A stretch of DNA of 64,000 bases, from positions 30,940,001 to 31,004,000 of the forward strand of contig NC_058383.1 of the NCBI RefSeq assembly GCF_018350175.1, read 5' to 3'. Made by a program: the position numbers and the translations under genes. Origin of the DNA: Felis catus. Its lineage: Eukaryota. Of this stretch, positions 25,602 through 36,628 are shown piece by piece. The notes under the pieces were generated by a model that saw only the letters and a program-made list of their open reading frames with translations, did no database searches and was not told the origin of the DNA. The stretch's first letter is position 1; each line of letters starts with the position of its first letter.

Positions 25602-27323
25602 GGGGCGCCTGGGTGGTTCAGTTGGTTAAGCGTCGACTTCGTCTCCGGTCACGATCTCAAGGTTCAGGAGTTCAAGCCCCACATTGAGCTCTGTGCTGAC
25701 AGCTCTGAGCCTGGAGCTGGCTTTGAATTCTCTGTCTCCCCCTCCCTCTGCATCCCCCCCACCCCCGCCCCGCTCTTTCTTTCTCTCTCTCTTTCTCTCA
25801 AAAATAAACAAAAGACCCCAAATAGCCAAAGTAATATTGGAGAAAAAAAACAAAATGGGAGGCATCACAATCCCAGACTTTAGCCTCTACTACAAAGCTG
25901 TGATCATCAAGACAGTACGGTACTGGCACAAAAACAGACACAGAGACCAATGGAATAGAATAGAGAACCCAGAAGTGGACCCACAGTGTATGGCCAACTA
26001 ATCTTTGACAAAGCAGGAAAGAGTATCCAATGGAAAAATGTCAGTCTCTTTAACAAATGGTGGTGGGAGACCTGGACAGCAACATGCAGAAGGATGAAAC
26101 TACACGACTTTCTTACACCATACACAAAAATAAACCCAAAATGGATGAAGGATCCAAATGTGGGACAGGAAACCATCAAAACCCTAAGAGGAGAAAGCGG
26201 GCAACAACCTCTTTGACCTCAGCCACAGCAATTTCTTGCTCGACACATCTCCAAAGGGAAGGGAATTAAAAGCAAAAATGAACTACTGGGACCTCATCAA
26301 GATAAAAAGCTTCTGCACTGCAAAGGAAACAATCAACAAAACTAGAAGGCAACCGACGGAATGGAAAAAGATATTTGCAAATTACATATCTGATTAAGGG
26401 CTAGTATCCACAATCTGTAAAGAACTTAACAAACTCAACACCCGAAAAACAAATAATCCAGTGAAGAAATGGGTAGAAGACATGAGTAGACACTTTGCCA
26501 AAGAAGACATCCAGATGGCCGACAGACACATGAAAAGATGCTCAACGTCATTCATCATCAGGGAACTACAAATCAAAACCACACTAAGATACCACCTCAT
26601 GCCGGTCTGAGTGGCTAAAATGAACAAATCAGGAAACCATAGATGCTGGAGAGGATGTGAAGAAACGGGAACCCTCTTGCACTGTTGGTGGGAACGCAAA
26701 CTGGTGCAGCCGCTCTGGAAAACAGTGTGGAGGTTCCTCAAAAAATTAAAAATAGACCTACCCTATGACCCGGCAATGGCACTGCTAGGAAGTTACCCAA
26801 GGGATACAGGAGTGCTGATGCACAGGGACACCTGTACCCCAATAGCAGCACTTTCAACAATAGCCAAATTAAGGAAAGAGCCTAAATGTCCATCAATTGA
26901 CAAATGGATAAAGAAGATGTGGTTTATATATACAACGGAATACTACTTGGCAATGAGAAAGAATGAAATTTGGCCATTTGCAGCAACGTGGCTGGAACTG
27001 GAGGGTATTATGCTAAGTGAAATAAGTCAGTGAGAGAAAGACAGATACCATATGTTTTCACTCATATGTGCATCTTGACAAACTTAAAAGAAGACCATGG
27101 GGGAGGGGAAAGCTAAAAACAGTTACAGACAGGGAGGGAGGCAAACCATAAGAGACTCTTAAGGACTGAGAACTAAGGGTAGATGGGGCGTGAGGGAGAC
27201 AAGAAAGTAGGTGATGGGCAGGGAGGACAGCACTTGCTGGGATGAGCACTGGGTGTTGCATGGAAACTAATTTGATAATAAATTATATTTACAAAAATAA
27301 ACAAACATTTAAAAAAATTTTCA
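25602..27323 (+). mobile_element. Can-SINE split by an L1 insertion (body 25602-25812, tail remnant 27292-27323)
   Basis: Head ggggcgcctgggtggttcagttggttaagcg; outer TSD aaaagatgctcctt at 25588-25601 and 27324-27337. Confidence 0.9.
25813..27291 (+). mobile_element. 5'-truncated carnivore/felid LINE-1 (ORF2 C-terminus plus 3'UTR), non-functional, antisense to SNX29
   Basis: Frameshifted ORF2 peptides [77 protein letters not shown]; 3'UTR gatgagcactgggtgttgcatgg...aataaa; TSD caaaaataaacaaa at 25799-25812 and 27292-27305. Confidence 0.97.
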
Positions 27324-29339
27324 AAAAGATGCTCCTTGGGGAAATGATCTTGAGAAATAATGCATATAACGCATGCTGTACCCACCCCCTTTGGAGAGCG
27401 GGGAGGCACCATTGTGGGAAGTGCTACAGCAAGGAAGCCCAGTGAACACGCTCTGATCTAACATTTTCTGGATCCTTCCACCACTGCACTCCCCTCTTCT
27501 AAAGGCACCAGCTTTGCATGCCCTCTGAATCAGTGTTCTGCTTTTGGGAAACTGCCTTCTCTAGATTCCAAGTTTTCCAAAGAGCCCTTTCTGAGATGAA
27601 GATGAAGTGATTAGGATGCCTTAAAAACAAAACAAAACAAAAACTACTTTGATGTCCAGAATGAGCTGGAGACAAGAAAGGGACAGAGTCATCTTGCAGG
27701 TAGGGAGTGGGCACCACAGAGGAATCTGGATCTTTAAAACCACCCAGTGTGTCGGGCCTGGAGCACATCAGACACTAAATTTCGCTTGAAATGAAAAAGC
27801 AAAAACGAAAGAGGCAGAGGCACGGTTTGAAAAAGGAGAAAGGCCCGGATTTGCATCGGGTGCCACCGCAAAGCCATGTGCCTCGGGCTGGGTCACGAGA
27901 GCCTGCATCTCTGTCAGCTCGTGTGACCCCTGGACCGAAGACACACATTACACAGGGCTGCTGTCACGGGGAGAGGATGTGAATGCCGCCTCAAGTCATA
28001 CACACTGGGCCATCTCTGCCGCCTGGGCGGAGGGGGCAGATGCAATTAAAGGATGCTCAGGATGGAGAGACAGAGACCCAGCGCAGGAGCAGAAGAAAGA
28101 GAAGAGGAATCCAACTTCAACGACGTGAAGTGAGACCACGTCTGCTCCCCCAGGGGGAACGAACCCCCACGTGATGACTAGCTCAGCCCTAAGCTTCCCC
28201 CTCTAATGGACCCGCACGTCTCAAAATCTTACAAGGCTCTATTTCCCTGTCTCCATTTATTATTCAAAGCAGGAGCTGTTCTCCCAGAGAGCTCTCAGGG
28301 CTGTAATCAAATCCCACTAAAAGTGGAAAAAAAAAAAAAGAAAGAGAGAAAAGAAAAAAGAAAAAGAAAAAACTCCGGCATTCATTCACATCTTATACCA
28401 GAGGGGGAGAAAAGAATAATGAGCAGAGTCCTAAAAATACCTACATTCAAAAAAAGAAAACGAAAAAACTTCAACCCCTAATCCCAAACTCATTCTTAAA
28501 ATAAGCAACTTGGCTTCAAAGTCTGTAACATCACAAAAAGGTAGCAGTGGGAGCAAACTATGTCCCTGCTCCTATCTTTGAAAACAACCATCCGGGTCAC
28601 ACACTCCTCCTGAGCTCCGTGCAAACGAAGTTCTCACTCAGCAAACGCTCAGCAAGCACCTACTACGTGCACGTCGGTGCTAGGCACTGGCGATTCGGAC
28701 ATGAAAACGGGTCAGGCCACCGCCACGAGCCCACGACCGAGCGGTTTTACTGGCAGCCTCTCCACGAGCCGCCCAGGGGAGCCATGTTATCCCCGCTTGA
28801 TACAAGGGCCAGGTGGGGCTTCCAAATACAGCAAAACCAGGGCTGCCCATGACACTCTGGCAGTGTAGGAGGAAGTCAAACCCAAGGTGAGCAGAGAGGT
28901 GGGCCGAGTGGAAATGAACGCAGGAGAGCCTGAGCTTCCCAAGGTAGATGCTTCTCACAGAGGCATAGAAGGCTCCAGAACTGAAGCTGAGCTTACAACT
29001 TCCTCCTTCCTTTTGCCCCAGTGGTCTGACTCTGGGGAGGTAAGCAGAGCAGACCCAGGGCAAGGACAAGGTCAAGTGTGCCCTGGGGACCACTGCCCAA
29101 ATGGCCATCTCTTCCCACAGTCTTCAGGCCCTTAAATGACCTCTCTCCTCTCTCCTCCCTGTGTCCAGCACCACCTGCCCCCAGGAAAGGATCCCATGAC
29201 AGTCAGAGCTACCTCTGTGTGAATGGATGCCACTGCCCTGAAGGACATTCAGACGGGAGACAAAAACATGGCAGGGCAGAGAGAAGGTGGGCTTACACGT
29301 CAAAGGTTCCAGGGAAGTCTGGACTCCAGCACTTCCTAC

Positions 29340-29800
29340 TTGGGACTTTCATTCATTCATCTGATGATTCACTCAACGAGCCAACCCACATGAACTCAGC
29401 ACCTACTGCATGAATCACTGGGTCCCAAGCAAGCAGGAGACAAAGAATTTGCTCTTCCGGAGCAGGGAAGACAGATAACAATCAGTGACAGATCCACATA
29501 GAATTACATTAAGAGAAGAAGGGAGAGAGGCTTGTAAGCATCATACTCTACAGGGAAAATGTGACCTTGTCGCGGGCATCAGCATGGTTTCCTGAGGAAG
29601 TGAGGAGTTGATATTGATGGTTTGAGGCCTGAGCACAGAGCATTATTCCAGGCAGAGGGAACAGCAGGAGCAAAGGGTACATAGAACGAGGAAGCAAGGG
29701 CCATGGAGCTGAAGACGACCGACAGGCTGGAGGCCCACCACTGTGGGGCACCGTAACGAGGTGGCAGGTGGGACCTAAACCCTTCTGTACTTCCGCTGCC
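29340..29800 (-). mobile_element. L2 LINE 3' fragment
   Basis: ttcattcattca start, then ...cctgaggaagtgagg...cattattccaggcagagggaacagcaggagcaaagg, typical of reverse L2. Confidence 0.6.
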
Positions 29801-30079
29801 AGATTTATAAAAGAGGGTGACACCCCAACTGGATTCACAGGCTTCTCTCCAAAATTAAGTGAGGATGAACACGAAGACCCAATGTGTGCCTGACACACTG
29901 TCAGAACTTGATACATCGTGAGCTGGTGATGGATGCTGGCCCCCCCGACGGGTTTGCTGCAATGAGGTCAGGGAGGATGGAAGAAGGGGGTGGTCCTCCC
30001 CAGTGCCTTGGAAATCTTCCAAGGCAAGGTTTCTGGGGATCAGCTGGCTGAGCTGAGTCCCATAGACTGCCCGACAATC

Positions 30080-30490
30080 TTCTAATCCAAAAGTAGGATT
30101 TCACAAGAATGTTATGCTAACATTGTCATGGAAGTAAAAACGAGAAACAACTCAATATCCATCAATAGGGGCCTGGTTAAATAAATTATGGTATTGCCAG
30201 TTTAAGGGAACATGACATAGTTCTTCAACAGAAGAATGAGGTAGAGCTACATGTAAAATAAAAAGATCCCCCCCTGCTAAATGGGGCTGGGGGGAGTCCT
30301 ATATGGAGTCGGCAGCTAGTTACGAAAGCATGGAGGACTGTGTGTGTGATGCCCCCAGGCATCCCTCATCTCTGAAAAGACAAACCCAACACTGGTCATT
30401 GTTAGTGACTCCAGGCAGAAAAACGAGGGGGCCAGCGACAGGAGGAAGATTCACTTTTCACTAAATGCTCTTACACTGCTTGACTTTTTA
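30080..30490 (+). mobile_element. Ancient L1ME 3' fragment
   Basis: aagaatgttatgctaacattg...aaacaactcaatatccatcaataggggcctggttaaataaattatggta...gaagaatgaggtagagctacatg. Confidence 0.65.
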
Positions 30491-30589
30491 GCATGGGTGT
30501 AACGAGATTTGTCAAGAGTCCAAAAGTCTGCAAATTTCAATTGTTTAAAGCAAAATCCAGTCTTGCAAGGCTGACAGAGCCCCCACTTC

Positions 30590-30765
30590 TTGCTGTGGGG
30601 GCTTGGCTGAGTTACTTCATGTCTGAGCCTCAGGTGCTGCTTCTGCAAAATGGTGTCATAATGGTAATCACCACTGAGGTCAGTGAGGATTAAATGAAGG
30701 GCTAATACTTTAGACGTATTTAAATTTGAGGTAAACATCAATTACTCAATAAATGTCACCTATTA
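30590..30765 (+). mobile_element. MIR
   Basis: gagttacttcatgtctgagcctcagg...ctgcaaaatgg...gtgaggattaaatgaa...tactcaataaatgtcacctatta. Confidence 0.7.
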
Positions 30766-31779
30766 AAACCAGAGTTGCTTATTTATAACAACTGGTTAGT
30801 AGTATTTGTCATTCACACAGAGAATAATGCACCGAAGGTGCACTCTGAAAATTCATCCGCGGCGACAAGAGCCACCTATCTTTCTTTCAGCATAAAGGAC
30901 ACATGACAACTCCTATAGGATCCGACCTACACTAAGGAATGGGAGCCCTCCTGGGTCTGCACCTGCTATCAAGCCCCCTCCAGTAAGGTGGGCCATGGAA
31001 TATGCCAGGACCCCTTGCACTGGGCAGGGATATGGGAGACACCTGCCTGCACCCCATACCAGTTCCACCCACACTCTGAAACACAAGTCAATGCTGGGAG
31101 TTCTCCGTTACGACAACCCCACTGTCCTTTCTCAGCTACGGAGTCACAGATGCAGTAAAATGTGAAGGCACATTGCCGAGGTCTTTAACACGGGGCACGG
31201 CTGGGAAGGACACGCAGAGGGACCTTGGGATCTTGCTTGGAAGGCTGATGGGTAACACAAGGGAAGCCCCCTTACCTGTTCCCCCAATTGCCCAGAGTTG
31301 GTGGAGCGCAAGAAAGAAACAGACTTTGTGATTAAATCCAAGTTTGAATCTAGCTCCACAACATACTCACTCAGAGATTCGGGGACCTCTCTGAGCCTTG
31401 GTCAACCTATAAAACAAAGATGATATCAACTGCCGCAAAGGGTTCTTAGTGCACAATAGGTACTTACGAAATGTGTTTCCGTCTTAGGAAAATGTGCCTC
31501 TCCCTAATGAAAGAGCTCCACAGAGATCTCGTACAAATCTTGGGCTTGTGAGGAGCGAGGGAAACAAACTCTATCAGGGATGCACCACAGGGCTTTAAGC
31601 ACAGGAGGCAACATTCACATGCTGGCATCGGAGAAACAAAGAGGGTCTGGTGTGAAAGTACCTCCAGTGGTGCCTTCCCACATCGATGCCTACGTGCACC
31701 CTGATTGGAAGGACAAACCGCCACCTGTGAAAGCAAGATGTCCAAAAGAAAAGAAAATCAAGCCTGAAACTCATCAAGA

Positions 31780-33760
31780 CTCTACAGTTAATGACCAATT
31801 CAAAGGAAAGGCAAAGGACAGAGGAACACGGTAAGGATCACCATAGGGTCGCAATCAACAAAATCCTAAACAGGAAAACCTAGAGTTCAAAGGGCCAAGT
31901 TTGTCAATAGTGGCAACACAAGGTGGTGAAGGGAGGACTATGGAAGGGAATATACAAATTAAGAGGCTTCAGAGACCTATCACCCAACTGCAACGTATGC
32001 ACTGCTTAAGACCCTGATTACAGAAGATAAATCAAAAACATTTTTTTCAGATAACTGGAGAAAATTAACCACTGACTGGCTATCTGAAGACACTAAGGAA
32101 TTATCACTGATTTTTCAGGTACGATAATCGTACTGTAAATATCTTTTAGTGATAAATACTCAAATATTTATGTCTGAAATAGTATCATGACTTGGACATG
32201 CATCCAAATAATTTGAGCTCGGAAGGGATTGAATTGAGTAGGAATGAATCAAGAATGACCCCGAGCTGATTACTGGGAGAGCTGAGTGACGGGGTTTCAT
32301 TAAATGATTCTCCCTTTCCCATAGGTTTGCAATTGCCATTTTATTAAAAGTTCGTGAGTAAGCCCGAGGCTGGTAGGGAATATTCACAACGTGTGTAACT
32401 GAAAATATATGTGAAGTACTATTAGAAATCAGCAAGAAAACACACACACAGCCCAGTAGAAAGTGGACAAAGACTACAAGTCACAGAAGGGGAAGCCAAA
32501 ATAACCAGGCAGCAAATGTCAAGAAGGCCCACCCCGCTCATGATCAGAAAAATCCCAGGGAAACCACCTCACACCCAGAAGCATTCGTAGAGACGTTCAA
32601 GTGTTGGCAGGAACTCCTACACACTGACAGAAGGATAATCAACAGGTGATAAACAACAACAACAACACGGATCTCAAGGAAACATTTGCGTAGTGGAGGC
32701 AGGAAGTGCTAATAAATGGCCACTAAGATAGTAAAGGGAGACAAGCAGAAGCTATCCACCTCCTGATAGAAAACACCACTCCAGCGACAGGCACGTTAGC
32801 GGGAAAATTAAACCAACATCCAAGTGCCCAGACCCAAGCGCCAAGTTAAGAAAATAGAGGCAACAGAGGGGCGTGCGGAGTAACACTGTAGAGGTGCGAT
32901 CTGCGAGTCTCAGGTGGTGACACGACCCGGTCTTCAGCAGACACGTGTGAAGGAAAAGAGAGTTGGAGGACTCCATAGATGAACAGAAACATAAGCGAGT
33001 GGTTCAATCCAGAGACAAAGGGAGCACAACACTGGTTGGCAGGGGATGCAGGAGGGAGGAATGGGGCGTCGGGGTAGAGTGGGGCAGAGGTTCAGCTGGG
33101 GAAGATGAACACGGTCAGGAGACAGACGGTGGTGTGGGCTGCACAACAACATGAGTGTACCTAAAGCCACACAACTGCACACGTCAAACTGGCTAACATG
33201 GTAAATTTTATGTCGTATTTTACTAAATTCAAACAAGGGTTTTAAGAAGAAGAGAAACATAAAGGACATAACCAATTACAACACGTGGACCTCATGTGGA
33301 TCCTAATTTTTAAAAAGCTATAAAAAGGTATGCAACAGTAAGAAGTATGAACACTGATATTTGATGGTATAAAGGAACTAATGGTCACAGACAGGGGACG
33401 ATGGTAATATATTCATGGTTTCCTATTTCTAAGATCTACACGGAGTTGTGTACAGATGAAGTCACACCCAGTATTTGATTCAAATTAATACAGAAGGGAG
33501 AAGCAGGTGCAGAACTTCAAACAAACTGACCTCGACTGAGGACAGTTCTACTTCACAGGGATACAGGACGTGCTTTAAACTTACCTGCCTACCTATGGGC
33601 ATCTGACATTTAACATGATAAAAGCTCTGAGATGAAGAAGCTATCATAAACGTGCACAGGAGGATGAAACACTCTCAGCATCTGGGTTTGTGACAGCTAA
33701 GTAAATGCAAACAACCCAAATGTCCAATAAAACACGATGGGATTACAAATACTGTGGTAC
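31780..33760 (+). mobile_element. Cluster of ancient L1MC/L1ME 3'-end fragments
   Basis: gagacctatcacccaactgcaacgtatg...ttaccactgactggctat-like motifs, atggccactaagatagtaaaggg, gaagatgaacacggtcaggagacagacggtggtgtgggctgcacaacaacatgagtg...ggtaaattttatgtcgtattttac. Confidence 0.65.
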
Positions 33761-33761
33761 T

Positions 33762-33980
33762 GGGGCACCTGGATGGCTCAGCTGGTTAAGCGGCTGACTT
33801 CGGCTCAGTCATGATCTCACAGTTAGTGAGTTCGAGCCCCGCGTCGGGCTCTGTGCTGATGGCTCGGAGCCTGGAGCCTGCTTCGGATTCTGTGTCTCCC
33901 TCTCTCTCTGCTCCTTCCCCACTTGCGCGCGCTCTCTCTCTCTCTCAAAAATAAACACTAAAAAATGTTTTGAAAAAAAA
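33762..33980 (+). mobile_element. SINEC_Fc-type Can-SINE
   Basis: ggggcacctggatggctcagctggttaagcgg...ctctcaaaaataaac. Confidence 0.93.
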
Positions 33981-34037
33981 ATAGTGCAATACATTGTTCA
34001 ATAGAGAACTAGAGTCAAGAAAGTGAATGAACTAGAC

Positions 34038-34691
34038 CAGGACTTCCTAACCAGGGTGGTTTGGCCCCTGCCCCTCAGGAAACGTCGGGCAATGTCTGCA
34101 GGCCTTCTTGGTCACTGTAACAGCCTGGAGTGCTGCTGGCCTCCAGTGGGTAGAAATCAGGGGTGCTGCTAAACACCCAGGATGCATAGGACAGCCCACA
34201 ACAAGTAACTACCATCGCCCCCCCCCTTATGTATCTGCGGGGGATACATTCCAAGATCCTAAGTGGATGTCTGAAGCCAGGGACAGCACTGAAGCATACA
34301 CATACTGTGCTTTTTACTACACATGAATACCTATGACAAAGTTTAATTTATAAATCAGCCACAGTAAGGGGTTAGCAACAGAAAATAACTGAATAATTTT
34401 AGCAATATACTGTAATAAAAGATGTGAATGAGCCCCTCTGTCAAAATCTTACTGTCCTGTACTCCCCCTTCTTCTTGTGATGATGTGCGATGACCCAAGG
34501 CCTAAGTGACGGGATCAAGGGGGGTGAGTGATGCAGGCATCGTGATGTAGCATGAGGCCACCGCTGACCCCCTCACAACTCACCAGAAGGAGTGTGGTGT
34601 GCTTCCAGACCACGGGAAGCGGAACCACGGCTGTGGGGGGACTACCGTAAGTGGCGCCAAGTATCGAGAGAGCCACAGTTTAAAGATCCTG
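34038..34691 (+). mobile_element. MER20 hAT-Charlie element interrupted by a MER44-like element
   Basis: caggacttcctaaccaggg...ggcaatgtctg...ccagtgggtagaaatcaggggtgctgctaaacaccc...ggacagcccacaacaag, resuming after the insert to ...aagatcctg; 8-bp TSD aactagac / tactagat. Confidence 0.75.
34212..34647. mobile_element. MER44-like (Tigger7-derived TcMar) element
   Basis: cccccccttatgtatctgcgggggatacattccaagatcc...ctatgacaaagtttaatttataaat...gcggaaccacggctgtggggggactaccg; TA on both sides. Confidence 0.8.
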
Positions 34692-35203
34692 TACTAGATC
34701 TTTGTGAGACAGTCCTCAAACCACAAAATTGAGTTAAAAACCAGCAAAAACAAGGGGCCACGGGATTTACACAGTAACATCATGCAGGTGAAAGTTAAAC
34801 AGAACCAAGACCGCTTATTGCTAATTGAAACGTATGTATGTAGCAAAGTATAAAAATAGGAAGGAGAAGGCTACACGCCCATTTCAGAATATGGATTATG
34901 GGGTGCCGGGGCATGAAACGTTACAAAGGGGGGCTTCAAATGGAACTGGTATCATCGTGTTTATTCTACCCCCTTCCATCCAAAGAAAATCAAGCGTAGT
35001 GAAGGTTAATGCACACGTAACAGCTGGACGGTGGGTACACGGAAGCTCACTCTGGCCATCTCTGTACTCTTCTTCTACACCCTCGACACAGTCAACAACG
35101 AACAAGCTGAGGAGCAGGGTTGGGGGCCGCGGAGGCTGGGCAGACAGACCGACACAGCAGGCAGGAGGGCAGGGCTGGGACCTTCCCGGGGGGGAGCACT
35201 CAC

Positions 35204-35320
35204 CGGCCCGCGCAGGTCGATGAGCTCCTGCCTCATCTGGGACACGAGGGCTTCCTTGGCCACCAGGGCCCTGTGCAGGCGCTCGTTGAACTCAATCAGC
35301 TCGCCGTGCATCTCCGCCAC
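35204..35320 (-). CDS. SNX29: SNX29 internal coding exon, coiled-coil region (about exon 16 in human numbering, from memory)
   Basis: Minus strand: tgtgttccag|GTGGCGGAG...CGCGGGCCG|gtgagt; 117 nt = 39 codons VAEMHGELIEFNERLHRALVAKEALVSQMRQELIDLRGP; phase 0/0; contained in ORF 35075..35329(-). Confidence 0.96.
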
Positions 35321-35461
35321 CTGGAACACACAAGCACCGAACGGTGAGGCTCAGAGGGCAGACTCCCCTCACCCTGGTCACCTGTCCCACCTTCTCTGGG
35401 CCTGTCACTTGTCAGCAAGGCACCGGGAGGTTGTTTGGGCTGGAGACAGAACGCCACTCAC

Positions 35462-35482
35462 CTGTGAGTCGCACAAATCCAC
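35462..35482 (-). other. Candidate 21-nt in-frame microexon (VDLCDSQ)
   Basis: Minus strand gttcaccttacag|GTGGATTTGTGCGACTCACAG|gtgagt, 141 nt upstream of the 117-nt exon. Confidence 0.3.
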
Positions 35483-36375
35483 CTGTAAGGTGAACACGTC
35501 TTGCACACTATAGAATCTATGGTCGACCGTTCACGGTCAGGACGGTGCTGTTATCGGGTTATTTGGGGCTTAAGGTTTTTCTCCTTCGTGGACGCTTTTC
35601 TAGCAAAGGCTTTCTTGCTTATCTGAGTTGGGCCTGCCAAAAATTACGCTGCTGATGGTACAGCTGGACTGACTGACCATTTCTGTTCCTCAGGAGCTTG
35701 GTTCTGAAACCCGAGAAAATAGAACCAGAGCTCAAAGCGATGAGAACAGTAATGATGACAGACAGAACTGCAATGGCACAGCTACCCCTCAGTCACTGCT
35801 TAGTCAACGCCAGGAAATCCTTTCCACGCGCTGCTAACATCTTTGCTACGCGGGCTCTATAAGGCAGGCGTTGTCATTTCTGCCTTGCAGAAGGGAAAGG
35901 CTGTCACAGAGTGGAAGAAGCTAGCTCAAGGTCATACCGCTAATGAAGGACTGACTCCAGGACCCTGGCTCTCGACCACTGGGCTACCTGCCACGATTCT
36001 ACCACTTCCACCGTGCCCCACGTGCAGCCCACTTGATGGTGGCCCACGGTGAGCCCTTGAATTTTTGCACGCTTATTCAATGCCCCCAGCTCACCCCAAA
36101 GAAACAGAAACAGAGGTTGCCATAAGGTAGTCTATGACTGATGTACAGAATCAACAACAGACCTTTCCAGCTATTTGTTTACAAAGATGTCTTCCTGTAA
36201 GGCCAAAACATAAAGTAATTTCCCTGATTACATGAGCAATCTTGACCAGGCTTAAAATCAAATTCAACTATAATTTATTTAAACTTTTTAGAGAAATGTG
36301 AGACGTCCTCTTGCCATGCTCTTCAGGAACATTCAAAGAAGAATCTTGCAAGTATCTTAAAGAGAACCCCTCTCC

Positions 36376-36628
36376 AGGGCACCCAGGTGGCTCAGTCAGT
36401 TAAGTGTCCAACTTGGGCTCATGATCTCATGGTTTGTGGGTTCACCCTACACTGGGGTCTGCACTGGCGGTGTGGAGCCTGCTTGGGATTCTCTCTCTCT
36501 CTCTCTCTCTCTCTCCCCCTCCCTCCCTCCCTGTCCCTCTCCCTCTCCCTCCCTCCCTCTCTGTCCCCAGCACCACTTGCGCGCTCTCTCTCTCTCTCTC
36601 TCTCAAAAATAAATAAACAACAACCACA
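36376..36628 (+). mobile_element. Can-SINE with expanded (CT)n/(CCCT)n tract
   Basis: gggcacccaggtggctcagtcagttaagtg; TSD aaagagaacccctc / aaagagaatccctc. Confidence 0.92.

Noticed and set aside
25684..27033. L1 ORF2-like ORFs as a functional gene
   Set aside because: 5'-truncated, frameshifted, CCHC motif mutated, no endonuclease or RT core.
33762..36628. SINEs flanking the 117-nt exon as drivers of circular RNA
   Set aside because: The two nearest flanking SINEs are in the same orientation and cannot pair.
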